From IMG/VR virus record IMGVR_UViG_3300008050_000035, positions 1 to 64,000 of that record: 64,000 bases of DNA. The stretch is one strand, 5' to 3'. The position numbers and the translations under genes are program-made. Numbering within the stretch: position 1 is the stretch's first letter; each line of letters starts with the position of its first letter. The DNA is from an uncultured virus (IMG/VR IMGVR_UViG_3300008050_000035). Lineage: Duplodnaviria; Heunggongvirae; Uroviricota; Caudoviricetes. Below the pieces are notes generated by a model. It saw only the letters and a list, made by a program, of their open reading frames with translations, had not been told where the DNA came from and did not search any database. This document shows, one piece after another, positions 1 through 9,443 of the stretch.

Positions 1-1782
1 TGGCTCCGAATAAGCAAATTCCTCAGGAGATCTGTAAACCATCAATTTGCCAAAATACTGATCTGCCCCTTGGTATATTTCCTCACCAGAGAAGCTATCA
101 GGATACACATAGCCTTCAACAAGATATCTGTGATTGTATGGATAAAGTGGGTCAGCTCGCTCTAAGGCATCAACAGAGGTGAGACCTGCGCTCACCTCTG
201 CCCAGTTGCTATCTGAAGTAGCAAAAACCGTATAGCCAGACGGCAAAAACACAAGCCCACTCACGAGGGAGCCATTAATATGCGCACTGGTGTCACCAAG
301 ATCCAAGTACCTGCCATCAGGATCGTCAACATATAAAGTTGTGCTGTACTGCTGAGTGCTCTCTTCAAAGACCCAGCCAGCCGCAACACCAAGAACCTCT
401 GCGTACCGATCGACAGGTACGTTGCGCTTAATTACAAAGCTGTTAACAGGGACATAGTTGGTCCAGTCAGCTAATACATAGGTATTGAGCACTGCTTCCG
501 TTTGAAAATCTACATCCTCCATACCATCTACTGCTTCAAGAATAGCTCCGCTAGCAATAGAATCGTCTATAAAGCTTAAGCTTTGGTCAGATGTTCCGTC
601 ACCAAAAGAAATAAAATTACCAGAATCGGCATCATGCGAAACGCCTACCCAATCTTCACCATCTTGAGAAAGGTAAAAACTTACAGAAGTGTTATCAGGT
701 TCCGCTACACACGCACTCATAGTTGCCTTAGTGAAAAATACCGGATTGCCTGTATCATCAATGACATCATAAGGACCGCAAACAAGAGTGCTGCGACGAC
801 TAGGTTTAAAACCATCAGCATACATCTTGATAGAATCTAATGAAAAGATATACATGTAGCTGTTCTTGTTAGGACTTGTACTATCGGCAGCATCCTTAGA
901 AAAAGTCAACTGAATTTTCCTAACACCATCAAGTCCAATTTGGTACGACATCTCAGAAGTAGCCTGTTGTTCAACAGGCTCAAGAGCTGACCAGCTACTA
1001 CCATCAAGACTATAAAAACAGCTACTAGTCATTTTCTTATTGACAGACACTGGCAAGCCATTAATTCTTAAATCACCCACATAGGTGGGTTCAGGCAGTT
1101 CGAGCGTTATTACCAACGTTACGCGTGCCTGCTGTTCCTTAGTATAAACGATGTACTCCCAAAGAGTACCATCGTCTTTCTTGAGAGAGCTGATTGGGCT
1201 GCTCGCTCGCACGCCAACTATATTGGCAGTACCAGCACTAGTAGCATTCAGTTTCAATTTGTCCAAATCTACAGGAGTGTAGCCTGTTCGACCTAATGTA
1301 GTGTACCCAGCCTCAACCGTAGCATTGCTTAGACTATGATTGACATAAACTTGAGTATCGAAAGTCTCCTCAACGCCAACTGTGAAAGCATCAGCAGCAC
1401 CATTCAAAAGCAAAAGGTTATCAAGTCTCGACTCTGTTTGATCAAGCAATCGACCAACCCGACGAGCAGTGCCGTAAAAACCCTTATGCGAATCTTCAAG
1501 CTGCTGAATGAGATTATCAAGACGCTCACTAAGAGTTGTGGCGTCATCCCACATAGCAATTCTATTGGTGTTCTCAACACCAGCACTGCTTATGCCTTTA
1601 AACCTGGGTCTTTCTAAATCAAACCCACTTACGCCAACAATGTCTACAGTTGGGTAAGCTTGCTTTTCCTTAAAGAAAAGCTGGTTAAGCTCAGCGTCAG
1701 TGGGGCTGCGTTGGTTTTCGCTTATAAAGCGCTGTACTGCACGACGCCTAAGCGTCTTGCTGTAAGATTCTGAAATTGGCAT
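1..1782 (-). CDS. Virion appendage/baseplate-associated protein, partial (runs off window start, at least 594 aa); paralogue of the 991-aa and 706-aa proteins upstream
   Basis: Absent from the ORF track because it has no stop in the window. ATG at 1782 overlaps the upstream TGA (TGATG). It reads MPISESYSKTLRRRAVQRF... and is still in frame at position 1 (...SPEEFAYSEP). Helical N-terminus followed by a beta-sandwich-like block (VTLVITLELPEPTYVGDLRINGL, RKIQLTFSK, YIFSLD). Confidence 0.8.
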   Translation of the reverse strand, partial: MPISESYSKTLRRRAVQRFISENQRSPTDAELNQLFFKEKQAYPTVDIVGVSGFDLERPRFKGISSAGVENTNRIAMWDDATTLSERLDNLIQQLEDSHKGFYGTARRVGRLLDQTESRLDNLLLLNGAADAFTVGVEETFDTQVYVNHSLSNATVEAGYTTLGRTGYTPVDLDKLKLNATSAGTANIVGVRASSPISSLKKDDGTLWEYIVYTKEQQARVTLVITLELPEPTYVGDLRINGLPVSVNKKMTSSCFYSLDGSSWSALEPVEQQATSEMSYQIGLDGVRKIQLTFSKDAADSTSPNKNSYMYIFSLDSIKMYADGFKPSRRSTLVCGPYDVIDDTGNPVFFTKATMSACVAEPDNTSVSFYLSQDGEDWVGVSHDADSGNFISFGDGTSDQSLSFIDDSIASGAILEAVDGMEDVDFQTEAVLNTYVLADWTNYVPVNSFVIKRNVPVDRYAEVLGVAAGWVFEESTQQYSTTLYVDDPDGRYLDLGDTSAHINGSLVSGLVFLPSGYTVFATSDSNWAEVSAGLTSVDALERADPLYPYNHRYLVEGYVYPDSFSGEEIYQGADQYFGKLMVYRSPEEFAYSEP

Positions 1783-4757
1783 CAAGTAAACCTAAAAGCA
1801 AAAAGGTTGAACAGGGGAGTAAAATAATCTCGAAGGCTTTGCAAACTGGTTTCACCATCTTGTTTTGCCCAAATGACTTTTACTAATCTATTGATCTGCT
1901 TTAAGCCCTCTGTTCGGACTTCCACAGAATTAGTCGAGCGATCATATGAATATCTTTTGATTTCACGACCTATATTATACGCCACTTTATGAGAGCTTGC
2001 TTTGTATTGCACTGTCGCGTTTGACTGAAGATCACTACCACCATAAAAAACTCCATTGCGATAGTCTACAGAATATTTGTTTTGAGGTTCAAATTCGGGA
2101 TCTTGATAATAGTAATAGATACTAATACCTCCATCAAGAACGCCACCAACACCTACCCAGACAGTTACACTACCATCTGAATCGACATGATAGTCGCCGG
2201 TACTAACAACAGCACTGGCCAAAGACTTCTTATTGGAAAAGAATGCAGTATCACTAAACAGTACTTCAAACCCTTCATACCAGAGAGCACCTGCCGCAAG
2301 CTTGAAAGTAACAATGCCAGCAGTGTCCTCGGTTAAAGCCGTAACTTCCTTATCCATAGTGACTAGACCAAGAAACTCAGTTTTCCCATCTTGGAAAACA
2401 ACTTCCTCAGGATCTCCATCAGCATCAAACATACTGTCAGACACAAGCAAACTGCCCTTGACAACGTAATCATAAGACAAAGTTAATGCATCAGAAGCGG
2501 TACCAATACTCGCGTTGCGAGTTTCGAATACGCCAGTCAGCGGATTTATCCGCTTAGATAAACTGCCACCCACAGTGTCGGTAGCTTCTTTGGCTTGAAA
2601 AGCCGATGAAGATATACGAAGCCCCCATGGACGTACGCTTTCTTCAGAATAAACAATATCAAAATTATCCTGAGATAATTCCTGGCCCGCCTGATGTGGA
2701 AAGGTTGCACGCACAGTATCGGAATCAAATTCGCTATTTAACCACAAAATGCCATTCACGCTATCTAACATGTAGCCATTAGAAGTAATAAGCAAGTCCG
2801 TTCTGCTAGTCACTTCAACGTAAGTCACTCCATTAGAACTTGTCAAACTAAAGGAATCGTCCTCAATATTTGTTACGCCAAGGTCAATAACCTTTTTGTC
2901 CCTGGGTAGTAGTTTAGTTATACGCCCACTAGACCGAGGGTGGTAGGTAATATCAATATTGTCCTTGTCAGGATCAAACAGCAATTCCATCCGATGGTAA
3001 AAACCATCAGCCCTCTCCTCAAACAACATACGCTCTTCTTCGAAAACAGCTGCAACCCGAGCGCCATCAGCAAGATCGCTGCTGAAAATCAATTCAGTAA
3101 AATCATCAGAAAAGCTCCACTCATTAGCGCCAACAACACTGTCGTCCTCTTGGTAAGTGTATTCAACTCGATTGACATACACAAACATTTGGTTTGGTCT
3201 CAAACCACTTTCAACCACAGGGAAAGGCAACTCAATTCGACTAGTTGTACCTGTACCAGTACCAAGAAGAACTCTACGTAATTTACCACCACGCCTCGCA
3301 ATGCGTGGCTGCATAACAAAGACATCGCCACGAGCAGGCGTTTCAGGTAAAGCAAATGTAGCAGGACTCTTAAAGCGACTAGCAGGTCTCATGAAATGAT
3401 TCACTTCTCTCAAGCCACTAGCAACGGGAAGAAAGCTAGCAGCATTTGCTAATGCGTCGTCATCCCTAGAAAGCGCAAGACGCCACAACGCAGTAGTCTC
3501 AGTTCCCTCCATAAGGACACTTTGACCAATCCCGTCATCAACATTTTCTAATTGTACCCAACTCTCACCACCATCAAAACTCATTTCTACAAGCGCATCA
3601 AAAAGTTCAGGAGCCGGCGGCCAAACACTGACAACAGGAATCGCTGCATACAGGCCATTGCGAATATCGCGCTCAACAGAATTGATGCCACCCTGACTGC
3701 TATATTTAAACTTATTAACTGCAATGTTCTCTAACCCCACAGCATACCTGCGACGACTAGTAGCACTACCATTGTTGCTAGCAACTTTAATCAAGTAGTT
3801 GTAACTTTGCTTAAGTTTAATAGTAATAGTTTTTGTCTGAACAGGAAGAAAACTCAAACTCCATTCGCTATCGTTTCCTGCAGACTTAACTGCCAAACGA
3901 TCAGGGTCCAAACTACCAGCAAGATCTCTAATGCCAACAGTACTACCCGCACTTGTAAAGATAATGTCCTCAACAGCAAAGCTGTAGGACTGTCCAATAT
4001 TCAGAGGAGTCAATGTGATGTTGTTCACAACATCAACCTTGCTCAACTCAAGAACAAGACTCAATTCAAGCGGACCACTATCTAATCTTTCGTATTCAAA
4101 CCAATTGTTAACATCGCCATTTATTGCATACTCAGGAGAAATGTTGTTCGTAGTCACAGCCTCGTCAGAATTGCCTGACTGACCATTGGACCCACTGCCG
4201 ATAGCAATGCTTTTTACAGACAGACTCTGCCTGCTCGAGACAGGCAGAGTTAGCACCCCCTGAGCAGTGTCAGCATAGCAACTATCAGTGCTGGTGAATT
4301 TAGTGTCTAAATTATCTAAATTCAAGAAGTGCTCGCTCAAAACAAACCTAGCTTCCTCTCCATTCCAGAGAGCGAGAGTTGCTCGCTTCTGTCTAATGCG
4401 TTTCATTTTCCCTAGCAAATCCGTCAAAACGTATTGTTCGCTATTGTAATGATCAACAAAAAGCTGAGTAAGTTTTCGAAGTTTAGAAAGCGACACCTTC
4501 ATCTGGTAAACGTACTGACTGTAAAACTCGTCATAGTTATCATATTCTGGATAATCTCCAGGACGCAGTTCTTGAAGTTTGTAATCAAGATCAAGAAGAC
4601 GCTCAAGCAATACAACTGCCCTAGCCTCAATAAGAAGTTTGTCTTCGTGAGTTTGTGCTGCTCTTCTCAGAACGATAAACTCGCCAAGAAAATCTTTCAA
4701 AGCCTCCACTTCGGCAAGATAGCTTTGACTGACAGTTGAATTAATTGACATGTTCAC
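1782..4757 (-). CDS. Large virion structural protein (helical N-terminus, discoidin/galactose-binding-like beta sandwich, repeated Y-x-V-D-x-x-(x)-G modules)
   Basis: 991-aa ORF downstream of the baseplate genes. Motifs SPEYAINGDVNNWFE, LSFLPVQTKTITIKLKQ and GDYHVDSDG. Confidence 0.65.
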   Translation of the reverse strand: MNMSINSTVSQSYLAEVEALKDFLGEFIVLRRAAQTHEDKLLIEARAVVLLERLLDLDYKLQELRPGDYPEYDNYDEFYSQYVYQMKVSLSKLRKLTQLFVDHYNSEQYVLTDLLGKMKRIRQKRATLALWNGEEARFVLSEHFLNLDNLDTKFTSTDSCYADTAQGVLTLPVSSRQSLSVKSIAIGSGSNGQSGNSDEAVTTNNISPEYAINGDVNNWFEYERLDSGPLELSLVLELSKVDVVNNITLTPLNIGQSYSFAVEDIIFTSAGSTVGIRDLAGSLDPDRLAVKSAGNDSEWSLSFLPVQTKTITIKLKQSYNYLIKVASNNGSATSRRRYAVGLENIAVNKFKYSSQGGINSVERDIRNGLYAAIPVVSVWPPAPELFDALVEMSFDGGESWVQLENVDDGIGQSVLMEGTETTALWRLALSRDDDALANAASFLPVASGLREVNHFMRPASRFKSPATFALPETPARGDVFVMQPRIARRGGKLRRVLLGTGTGTTSRIELPFPVVESGLRPNQMFVYVNRVEYTYQEDDSVVGANEWSFSDDFTELIFSSDLADGARVAAVFEEERMLFEERADGFYHRMELLFDPDKDNIDITYHPRSSGRITKLLPRDKKVIDLGVTNIEDDSFSLTSSNGVTYVEVTSRTDLLITSNGYMLDSVNGILWLNSEFDSDTVRATFPHQAGQELSQDNFDIVYSEESVRPWGLRISSSAFQAKEATDTVGGSLSKRINPLTGVFETRNASIGTASDALTLSYDYVVKGSLLVSDSMFDADGDPEEVVFQDGKTEFLGLVTMDKEVTALTEDTAGIVTFKLAAGALWYEGFEVLFSDTAFFSNKKSLASAVVSTGDYHVDSDGSVTVWVGVGGVLDGGISIYYYYQDPEFEPQNKYSVDYRNGVFYGGSDLQSNATVQYKASSHKVAYNIGREIKRYSYDRSTNSVEVRTEGLKQINRLVKVIWAKQDGETSLQSLRDYFTPLFNLFAFRFT

Positions 4758-6861
4758 GAACCTTTAGGAAGTAAGACAGCAGAACGGGTGTCAGATACGG
4801 ATTTACACTGTCTGCACGGCTAACAATCACTGTCTGAATCGTACCAGAAGCAGCCTTAAGCCTTCTGCCAAACACTACTCTGCCACGCTTCAAATTCACC
4901 CCAGGCCTTCTGCTGAGTTGCTGATTCCTTAACACCCTGTAGTCTACATAGTAGATTTTTGTACTATCAAGATTCGTAAAGCGAATCTTAAAGAGACCAG
5001 CTTTGGCCTTAGTATACAATGTATTCCATTGTCGATCACGCGGCCACTCTGTTAGCCAAGTCGCACCACGATTAAGAGAAACTTCATAATCAATACCAAG
5101 GGTAAGTAAGTCAGATTCTTTGTAGACACTGAGAGGCGCATCCTGTTCTGCCTCTAAGTACACATATGGGGCAACCTTAAAATCATTAGAGTGTAGAAGC
5201 GAATAGCCATCTACATCCAAAGGCTTAAGAATCAAATTCTGACTGTCAGCGACATACCACTCTTCTGAAGAAAAGCTATTAAGCATCCCGTCCTTGCCTG
5301 GACCAGCAATGCTAACAATCCTATCAGTATTCTTGACGGCCACACCTCTGTCGTCAAACCCATGACCGTCTTCAAAATACATAAAATGCCAATAACCAAT
5401 CCAGTTTCCTGCTGTCCAGTTGGTTTTGTTCTTGACATTCCATCGCAAATCCGGAAACAGTTTAACTTTGGCTTCATTGTCAAAGAGAGGTAAAAACTCT
5501 CTTTGTGTTCGTCTGGCGTCAGGAATGGGAATCAAATCATAAAGCGCCCGGCCACCTTCAGGGGTTGTTAAATTAATACCAAGGTATCGTTCCAACAAAA
5601 CCTCTCCCTCATTTAAGAAGAAAGTAGTACCATAGGTTTTGCGCTCATTAGAAATCTGAATAGTTTCAACCTGATCACTAAAACTACAGCCAACAGGTCC
5701 TGTAGTTTTGACAGGCTGACTGCGAAAAACTCCAAGATTCTCATACTGGCGCAAAGCGCAACGCACACTCTCCAAAGAAAAGTCATATACTCTGCCTTGA
5801 ATTTCAGAATTGTTTTCAGTTAGTAACTGACTCCATCCGGCACCACGTAAAATCTTATTTAACTCACGAACACGAAGGTCGCCAGTATCGTAGTGGGTTC
5901 GTGTCACAGGGGCATACTGCGTAAACTTCACCTTCATATATTTAGTTCGAATAGGCTCAAACAGCACAGTAAGCTCAACTTCATTAGCAAGCTCAACTTC
6001 AGTGAGCTCAACTTCTTCGCCGGCTTCGTTAAGGTAAGTAATAGCCTGAATGTACACAGTGCTGTGTCCCAGCGGACGTACATTCAGCATATTAACAAGC
6101 TGCATGCTTGCAAATTCTAACAACAAAGTGCAGTAGCTAGAAGTGTGATTGTATTTACGACTAGTCTTATCATAATCAGTCCTCACAACCACATGACGAA
6201 AAACCCTGTCTTCTCGAAGAAGATTGTTTGGAGAGTTACTAACAACAGGTTTTGTGGTGTCACCCACATCAGTTTCTTCTCCAACGAGAACAACATTAAT
6301 AATTGGAACCTGAACCTCAGTTCTTAATGGCAGAGTTACACCAGTGCCAGAAATTACATCTGCAATGTTATCTGCCTGAAATGGCAAGCCGGTTTTGTAA
6401 TCAACAAGCCAGTCTTGATTGTCATATGCCAAACCAGCGTCTTGAACACGCACAAATGAATTGTAATGAACCTGACTGTACCTACCATTAATCTTAACTT
6501 CCTCTTCTGTTGTGTAGGCGTCAAGCGCCAGTGCCTCGCGTTGCAAATCATCTAGAATAGCAAAATTCTTTCTACTGCTGAGCTTGATCTCTGCTTCAAG
6601 TCCTTCACCAGTACTAGCCGCAGCACTAATCTGCATTTTTGTATCACGAATGTAATCCGCCCAAATTCTAGCATCAAGAGGAGAGCCAGGGTTAACAGGC
6701 GGGAAAGCAGGCTCAAGTCCACGCAAAGCCAGCACCGCTTTAGTGCGACGCTGAGCTTCAGCTTGGCTAAATTGAACATGTTGCTCATCAAGAGCGCGGC
6801 GTTCAGCCGCAGCACGTACATACTTACCAGAATCAAATGCTTCTTTTACTTGGATGGGCAT
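4741..6861 (-). CDS. Virion structural protein, paralogous in its N-terminal half to the two downstream genes
   Basis: 706-aa ORF with GGAG ribosome-binding site. Motifs CTLLLEFASMQLVNMLNVRPL, VLFEPIRTKYMKVKFTQ and YDFSLESV. Confidence 0.65.
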   Translation of the reverse strand: MPIQVKEAFDSGKYVRAAAERRALDEQHVQFSQAEAQRRTKAVLALRGLEPAFPPVNPGSPLDARIWADYIRDTKMQISAAASTGEGLEAEIKLSSRKNFAILDDLQREALALDAYTTEEEVKINGRYSQVHYNSFVRVQDAGLAYDNQDWLVDYKTGLPFQADNIADVISGTGVTLPLRTEVQVPIINVVLVGEETDVGDTTKPVVSNSPNNLLREDRVFRHVVVRTDYDKTSRKYNHTSSYCTLLLEFASMQLVNMLNVRPLGHSTVYIQAITYLNEAGEEVELTEVELANEVELTVLFEPIRTKYMKVKFTQYAPVTRTHYDTGDLRVRELNKILRGAGWSQLLTENNSEIQGRVYDFSLESVRCALRQYENLGVFRSQPVKTTGPVGCSFSDQVETIQISNERKTYGTTFFLNEGEVLLERYLGINLTTPEGGRALYDLIPIPDARRTQREFLPLFDNEAKVKLFPDLRWNVKNKTNWTAGNWIGYWHFMYFEDGHGFDDRGVAVKNTDRIVSIAGPGKDGMLNSFSSEEWYVADSQNLILKPLDVDGYSLLHSNDFKVAPYVYLEAEQDAPLSVYKESDLLTLGIDYEVSLNRGATWLTEWPRDRQWNTLYTKAKAGLFKIRFTNLDSTKIYYVDYRVLRNQQLSRRPGVNLKRGRVVFGRRLKAASGTIQTVIVSRADSVNPYLTPVLLSYFLKVREHVN

Positions 6862-6863
6862 AC

Positions 6864-7316
6864 TTACTCCAATTTAAGATCAATAAAAAACCTACGAGCA
6901 AGCGCACCGGGTGGAGTCTCGAACTCCACAGTAAACGTAGCACTATCACCAGCATTAAGATCAATAAATGGAATCTTGGTTCTGTAAGTACCACCAGCGC
7001 TTCTAGTAACATATCCAATAAAGGTACTATCGTTTTGGGGAAGAGTTAATTTTAGCCCACCCTGAGCAACAAGACCCAGATCAGTTTTACTACCCCAAGT
7101 CATAAGATCTTGATAATCAGTATGAGGTGGATAATCTGCAGGATTATCTACATCTCCGACACTAGTTGCCGGAACAATATACATCCCAAGACCAGTGAGA
7201 TCACTATCGCCTAGATTAGTGACAGTGATCTGGACCACAGTTCCATTTAGAACCTCTGGATCATAAATAGTTTCACCATCAGAGGTGCGAACGAAAATCA
7301 AATCTTGAGCACTCAT
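6864..7316 (-). CDS. Small beta-sandwich (Ig-like) virion protein
   Basis: 150-aa ORF with an ATGA overlap. ITVTNLGDSDLTGL and DLNAGDSATFTVEF are typical of CARDB/Ig-like strands. Confidence 0.55.
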   Translation of the reverse strand: MSAQDLIFVRTSDGETIYDPEVLNGTVVQITVTNLGDSDLTGLGMYIVPATSVGDVDNPADYPPHTDYQDLMTWGSKTDLGLVAQGGLKLTLPQNDSTFIGYVTRSAGGTYRTKIPFIDLNAGDSATFTVEFETPPGALARRFFIDLKLE

Positions 7317-9433
7317 GATGCCACCTTTACTGCAATACTGTGAGTTCGAGGGTACAGGATAGTTTGACCTCGAACTTGTTCTTCAACTCGTACGGTGTAG
7401 TATACCACTTCACCAGCAACAATGTCTTGATCAGCGTAGCTCATGGTAGCTGGCGTTGAAGAGCCAGCTACGCTGTAGACCTCCACCCACTCACCTACAG
7501 GATTGGTGCGTTTATAAAGCCTGTAGGTGAGGTTCCTTCCTTCCCAGGTCCACTCAAGGTCTACGCGTTGCGTTACCGTACTCCACCCACTCAGGTCCAC
7601 TTTAGGACACTGCCACTCAATGACAGGAAGACAACTACTGTCTAAGTGTTGGACAAGTAGTTTTTCTGCTTTTGATTTTGGCAATACTCCTCCGTAGTCA
7701 TTTCGAAGGCTCAGGGGAGCCTTCAGCACAACGACTTTGTTTTTTGGAACCTCTTGCCCTTCCTCTCCGTACATGACTGCGCTTTGTAAAATGCGCGGGT
7801 TCGCCAGTAAAGCTTCTTTAAGTGTGTCTGGGCGCAAAGAACCACCTTTAGCTCTTACGTCATAGAGGGTCATGTCTTCCTTATCGTCTAGATTCAAAAG
7901 AACTACTTCAGCCAAGATTCCATATGCTTTGCTATTGCTGTAGCCAGCAACATAATTATCCACAAATGTCTCAGTTTCAACATCAGAAATATATTTAGAA
8001 CCAATTATACTATTTGCATTATAATTACCATCAGCATCTAAAAGTTGTAAATTTTCATGACCAAACCCTAGGGCTTGACTGCATTCTAAAATCACACCGT
8101 TCTGATCTACTACAAGATGATGAATTGCCTGATCGTCTGGATCGACATCGGGAACCATATAGAAAACGACCATCTTGCCTAACACACTCTTGTTAAAGAG
8201 AGGATTGAGATTGTACCCAACGTATTCGTAATCGTCTGCTTTGTAATAGTATTGAGCAGCAAGCTGATAGCTTGGGTGCATTTTTGTAGATAGGGCTACA
8301 AATCCACCCTCATTATCCCAGCTTCGAATCTGGTCTGATTCATAAAATACATCAGTGTCACTATAGCGTGTGCCACCAAGAGCACTGTCAGTAGTAAGCA
8401 CGCGCAGCAAATTGTTTTCAAAGTCACTAATAAACAACACAAGATGCAGTCCAGTGTCAGGGTCAATTGCAAGACCTCGACGCGTACTCGAAAGCACACG
8501 TTCATTTACCCAAAGCATCCTTTCGTAAGGACTGTATATATATGGCTTATAAGGAGCATAGTTCTGTTGGTCATACTCAGGCACATAGTATCTTCGTACC
8601 GCGCCATTGGTGACAGTAGTAATGTCACCTGCACTAAATCTTAAATACCATGGATCTTCAGGGTCTCGGCCGCTAGGCAGACGAGGCTGAATCAACGAAT
8701 GTTCAGTTGGGCGGCTATACCAAGTACTACCGCTATTCAAATAGAAAGTGTAGCCGCTGGTGTTTCTCTCTTTGCTATACACAGGATAGTCAAGAGTAAG
8801 GCGACCAGTGTCAAGATCAATATCTTGCCAGTCGGCCTCTTTGGTTACCACAACGGGTCCAAGTAAATTATGACTACTGTTGCCATCACTGTCAGTACAG
8901 GTGATGAAAAACAATGTGTACGCTCCAGTATCAGGGTCAAAGAAATTCCTAAAATTGGTATACAAGTTACCACTTTCTAAATCTAACAAATACCCACTAT
9001 CAACTTTTTGCAAGTTGCCACGACTAACGACTTCTACCTGACAGCTAACAACACCTGCAGGTAATATATGCCGCCAAAACAATGGTCGCTTTTTTCCTCG
9101 AACATCAACACCAAGCTTATTAGTAATAAGAATCTCAGAGTATTCGCTGGCCACAGCCGTAGCTGTCGTGGCAGCCCACTCTTTTCGAACCTCAGCGTTC
9201 TTGTCACTGTTTGCGACAATGCCATAGGTGCGGTTGGCGACCTGCAAGTGCCGCCAACTATCTAATTCAGGATTCTCAAGATAGTCAAGAGCAACTGCCA
9301 CTGGCTTGATGTCATCCAAGTACCGGAAACGTTCGACACGCTGGTGGACATGGCTAACCAATTCAAGAACAATGGTCTGAGCCTGATCGTAAGAACCGCC
9401 ACTTGCAATCAACTCAAGTGTAATCTCAGCCAT
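7313..9433 (-). CDS. Virion structural protein with a C-terminal FN3/Ig-like domain
   Basis: 706-aa ORF with AAGGAG ribosome-binding site. The C-terminus VDLEWTWE...YRLYKR...SYADQDIVAGEVVYYTVRV follows the fibronectin type III pattern. Confidence 0.6.
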   Translation of the reverse strand: MAEITLELIASGGSYDQAQTIVLELVSHVHQRVERFRYLDDIKPVAVALDYLENPELDSWRHLQVANRTYGIVANSDKNAEVRKEWAATTATAVASEYSEILITNKLGVDVRGKKRPLFWRHILPAGVVSCQVEVVSRGNLQKVDSGYLLDLESGNLYTNFRNFFDPDTGAYTLFFITCTDSDGNSSHNLLGPVVVTKEADWQDIDLDTGRLTLDYPVYSKERNTSGYTFYLNSGSTWYSRPTEHSLIQPRLPSGRDPEDPWYLRFSAGDITTVTNGAVRRYYVPEYDQQNYAPYKPYIYSPYERMLWVNERVLSSTRRGLAIDPDTGLHLVLFISDFENNLLRVLTTDSALGGTRYSDTDVFYESDQIRSWDNEGGFVALSTKMHPSYQLAAQYYYKADDYEYVGYNLNPLFNKSVLGKMVVFYMVPDVDPDDQAIHHLVVDQNGVILECSQALGFGHENLQLLDADGNYNANSIIGSKYISDVETETFVDNYVAGYSNSKAYGILAEVVLLNLDDKEDMTLYDVRAKGGSLRPDTLKEALLANPRILQSAVMYGEEGQEVPKNKVVVLKAPLSLRNDYGGVLPKSKAEKLLVQHLDSSCLPVIEWQCPKVDLSGWSTVTQRVDLEWTWEGRNLTYRLYKRTNPVGEWVEVYSVAGSSTPATMSYADQDIVAGEVVYYTVRVEEQVRGQTILYPRTHSIAVKVAS

Positions 9434-9443
9434 TTAAAACTCC

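Noticed and set aside
6864..7316. Paralogy between the 150-aa protein and the 154-aa protein at 56376-56840
   Set aside because: Size and strand pattern are similar, but there are too few shared residues to support by eye; it needs a profile comparison.
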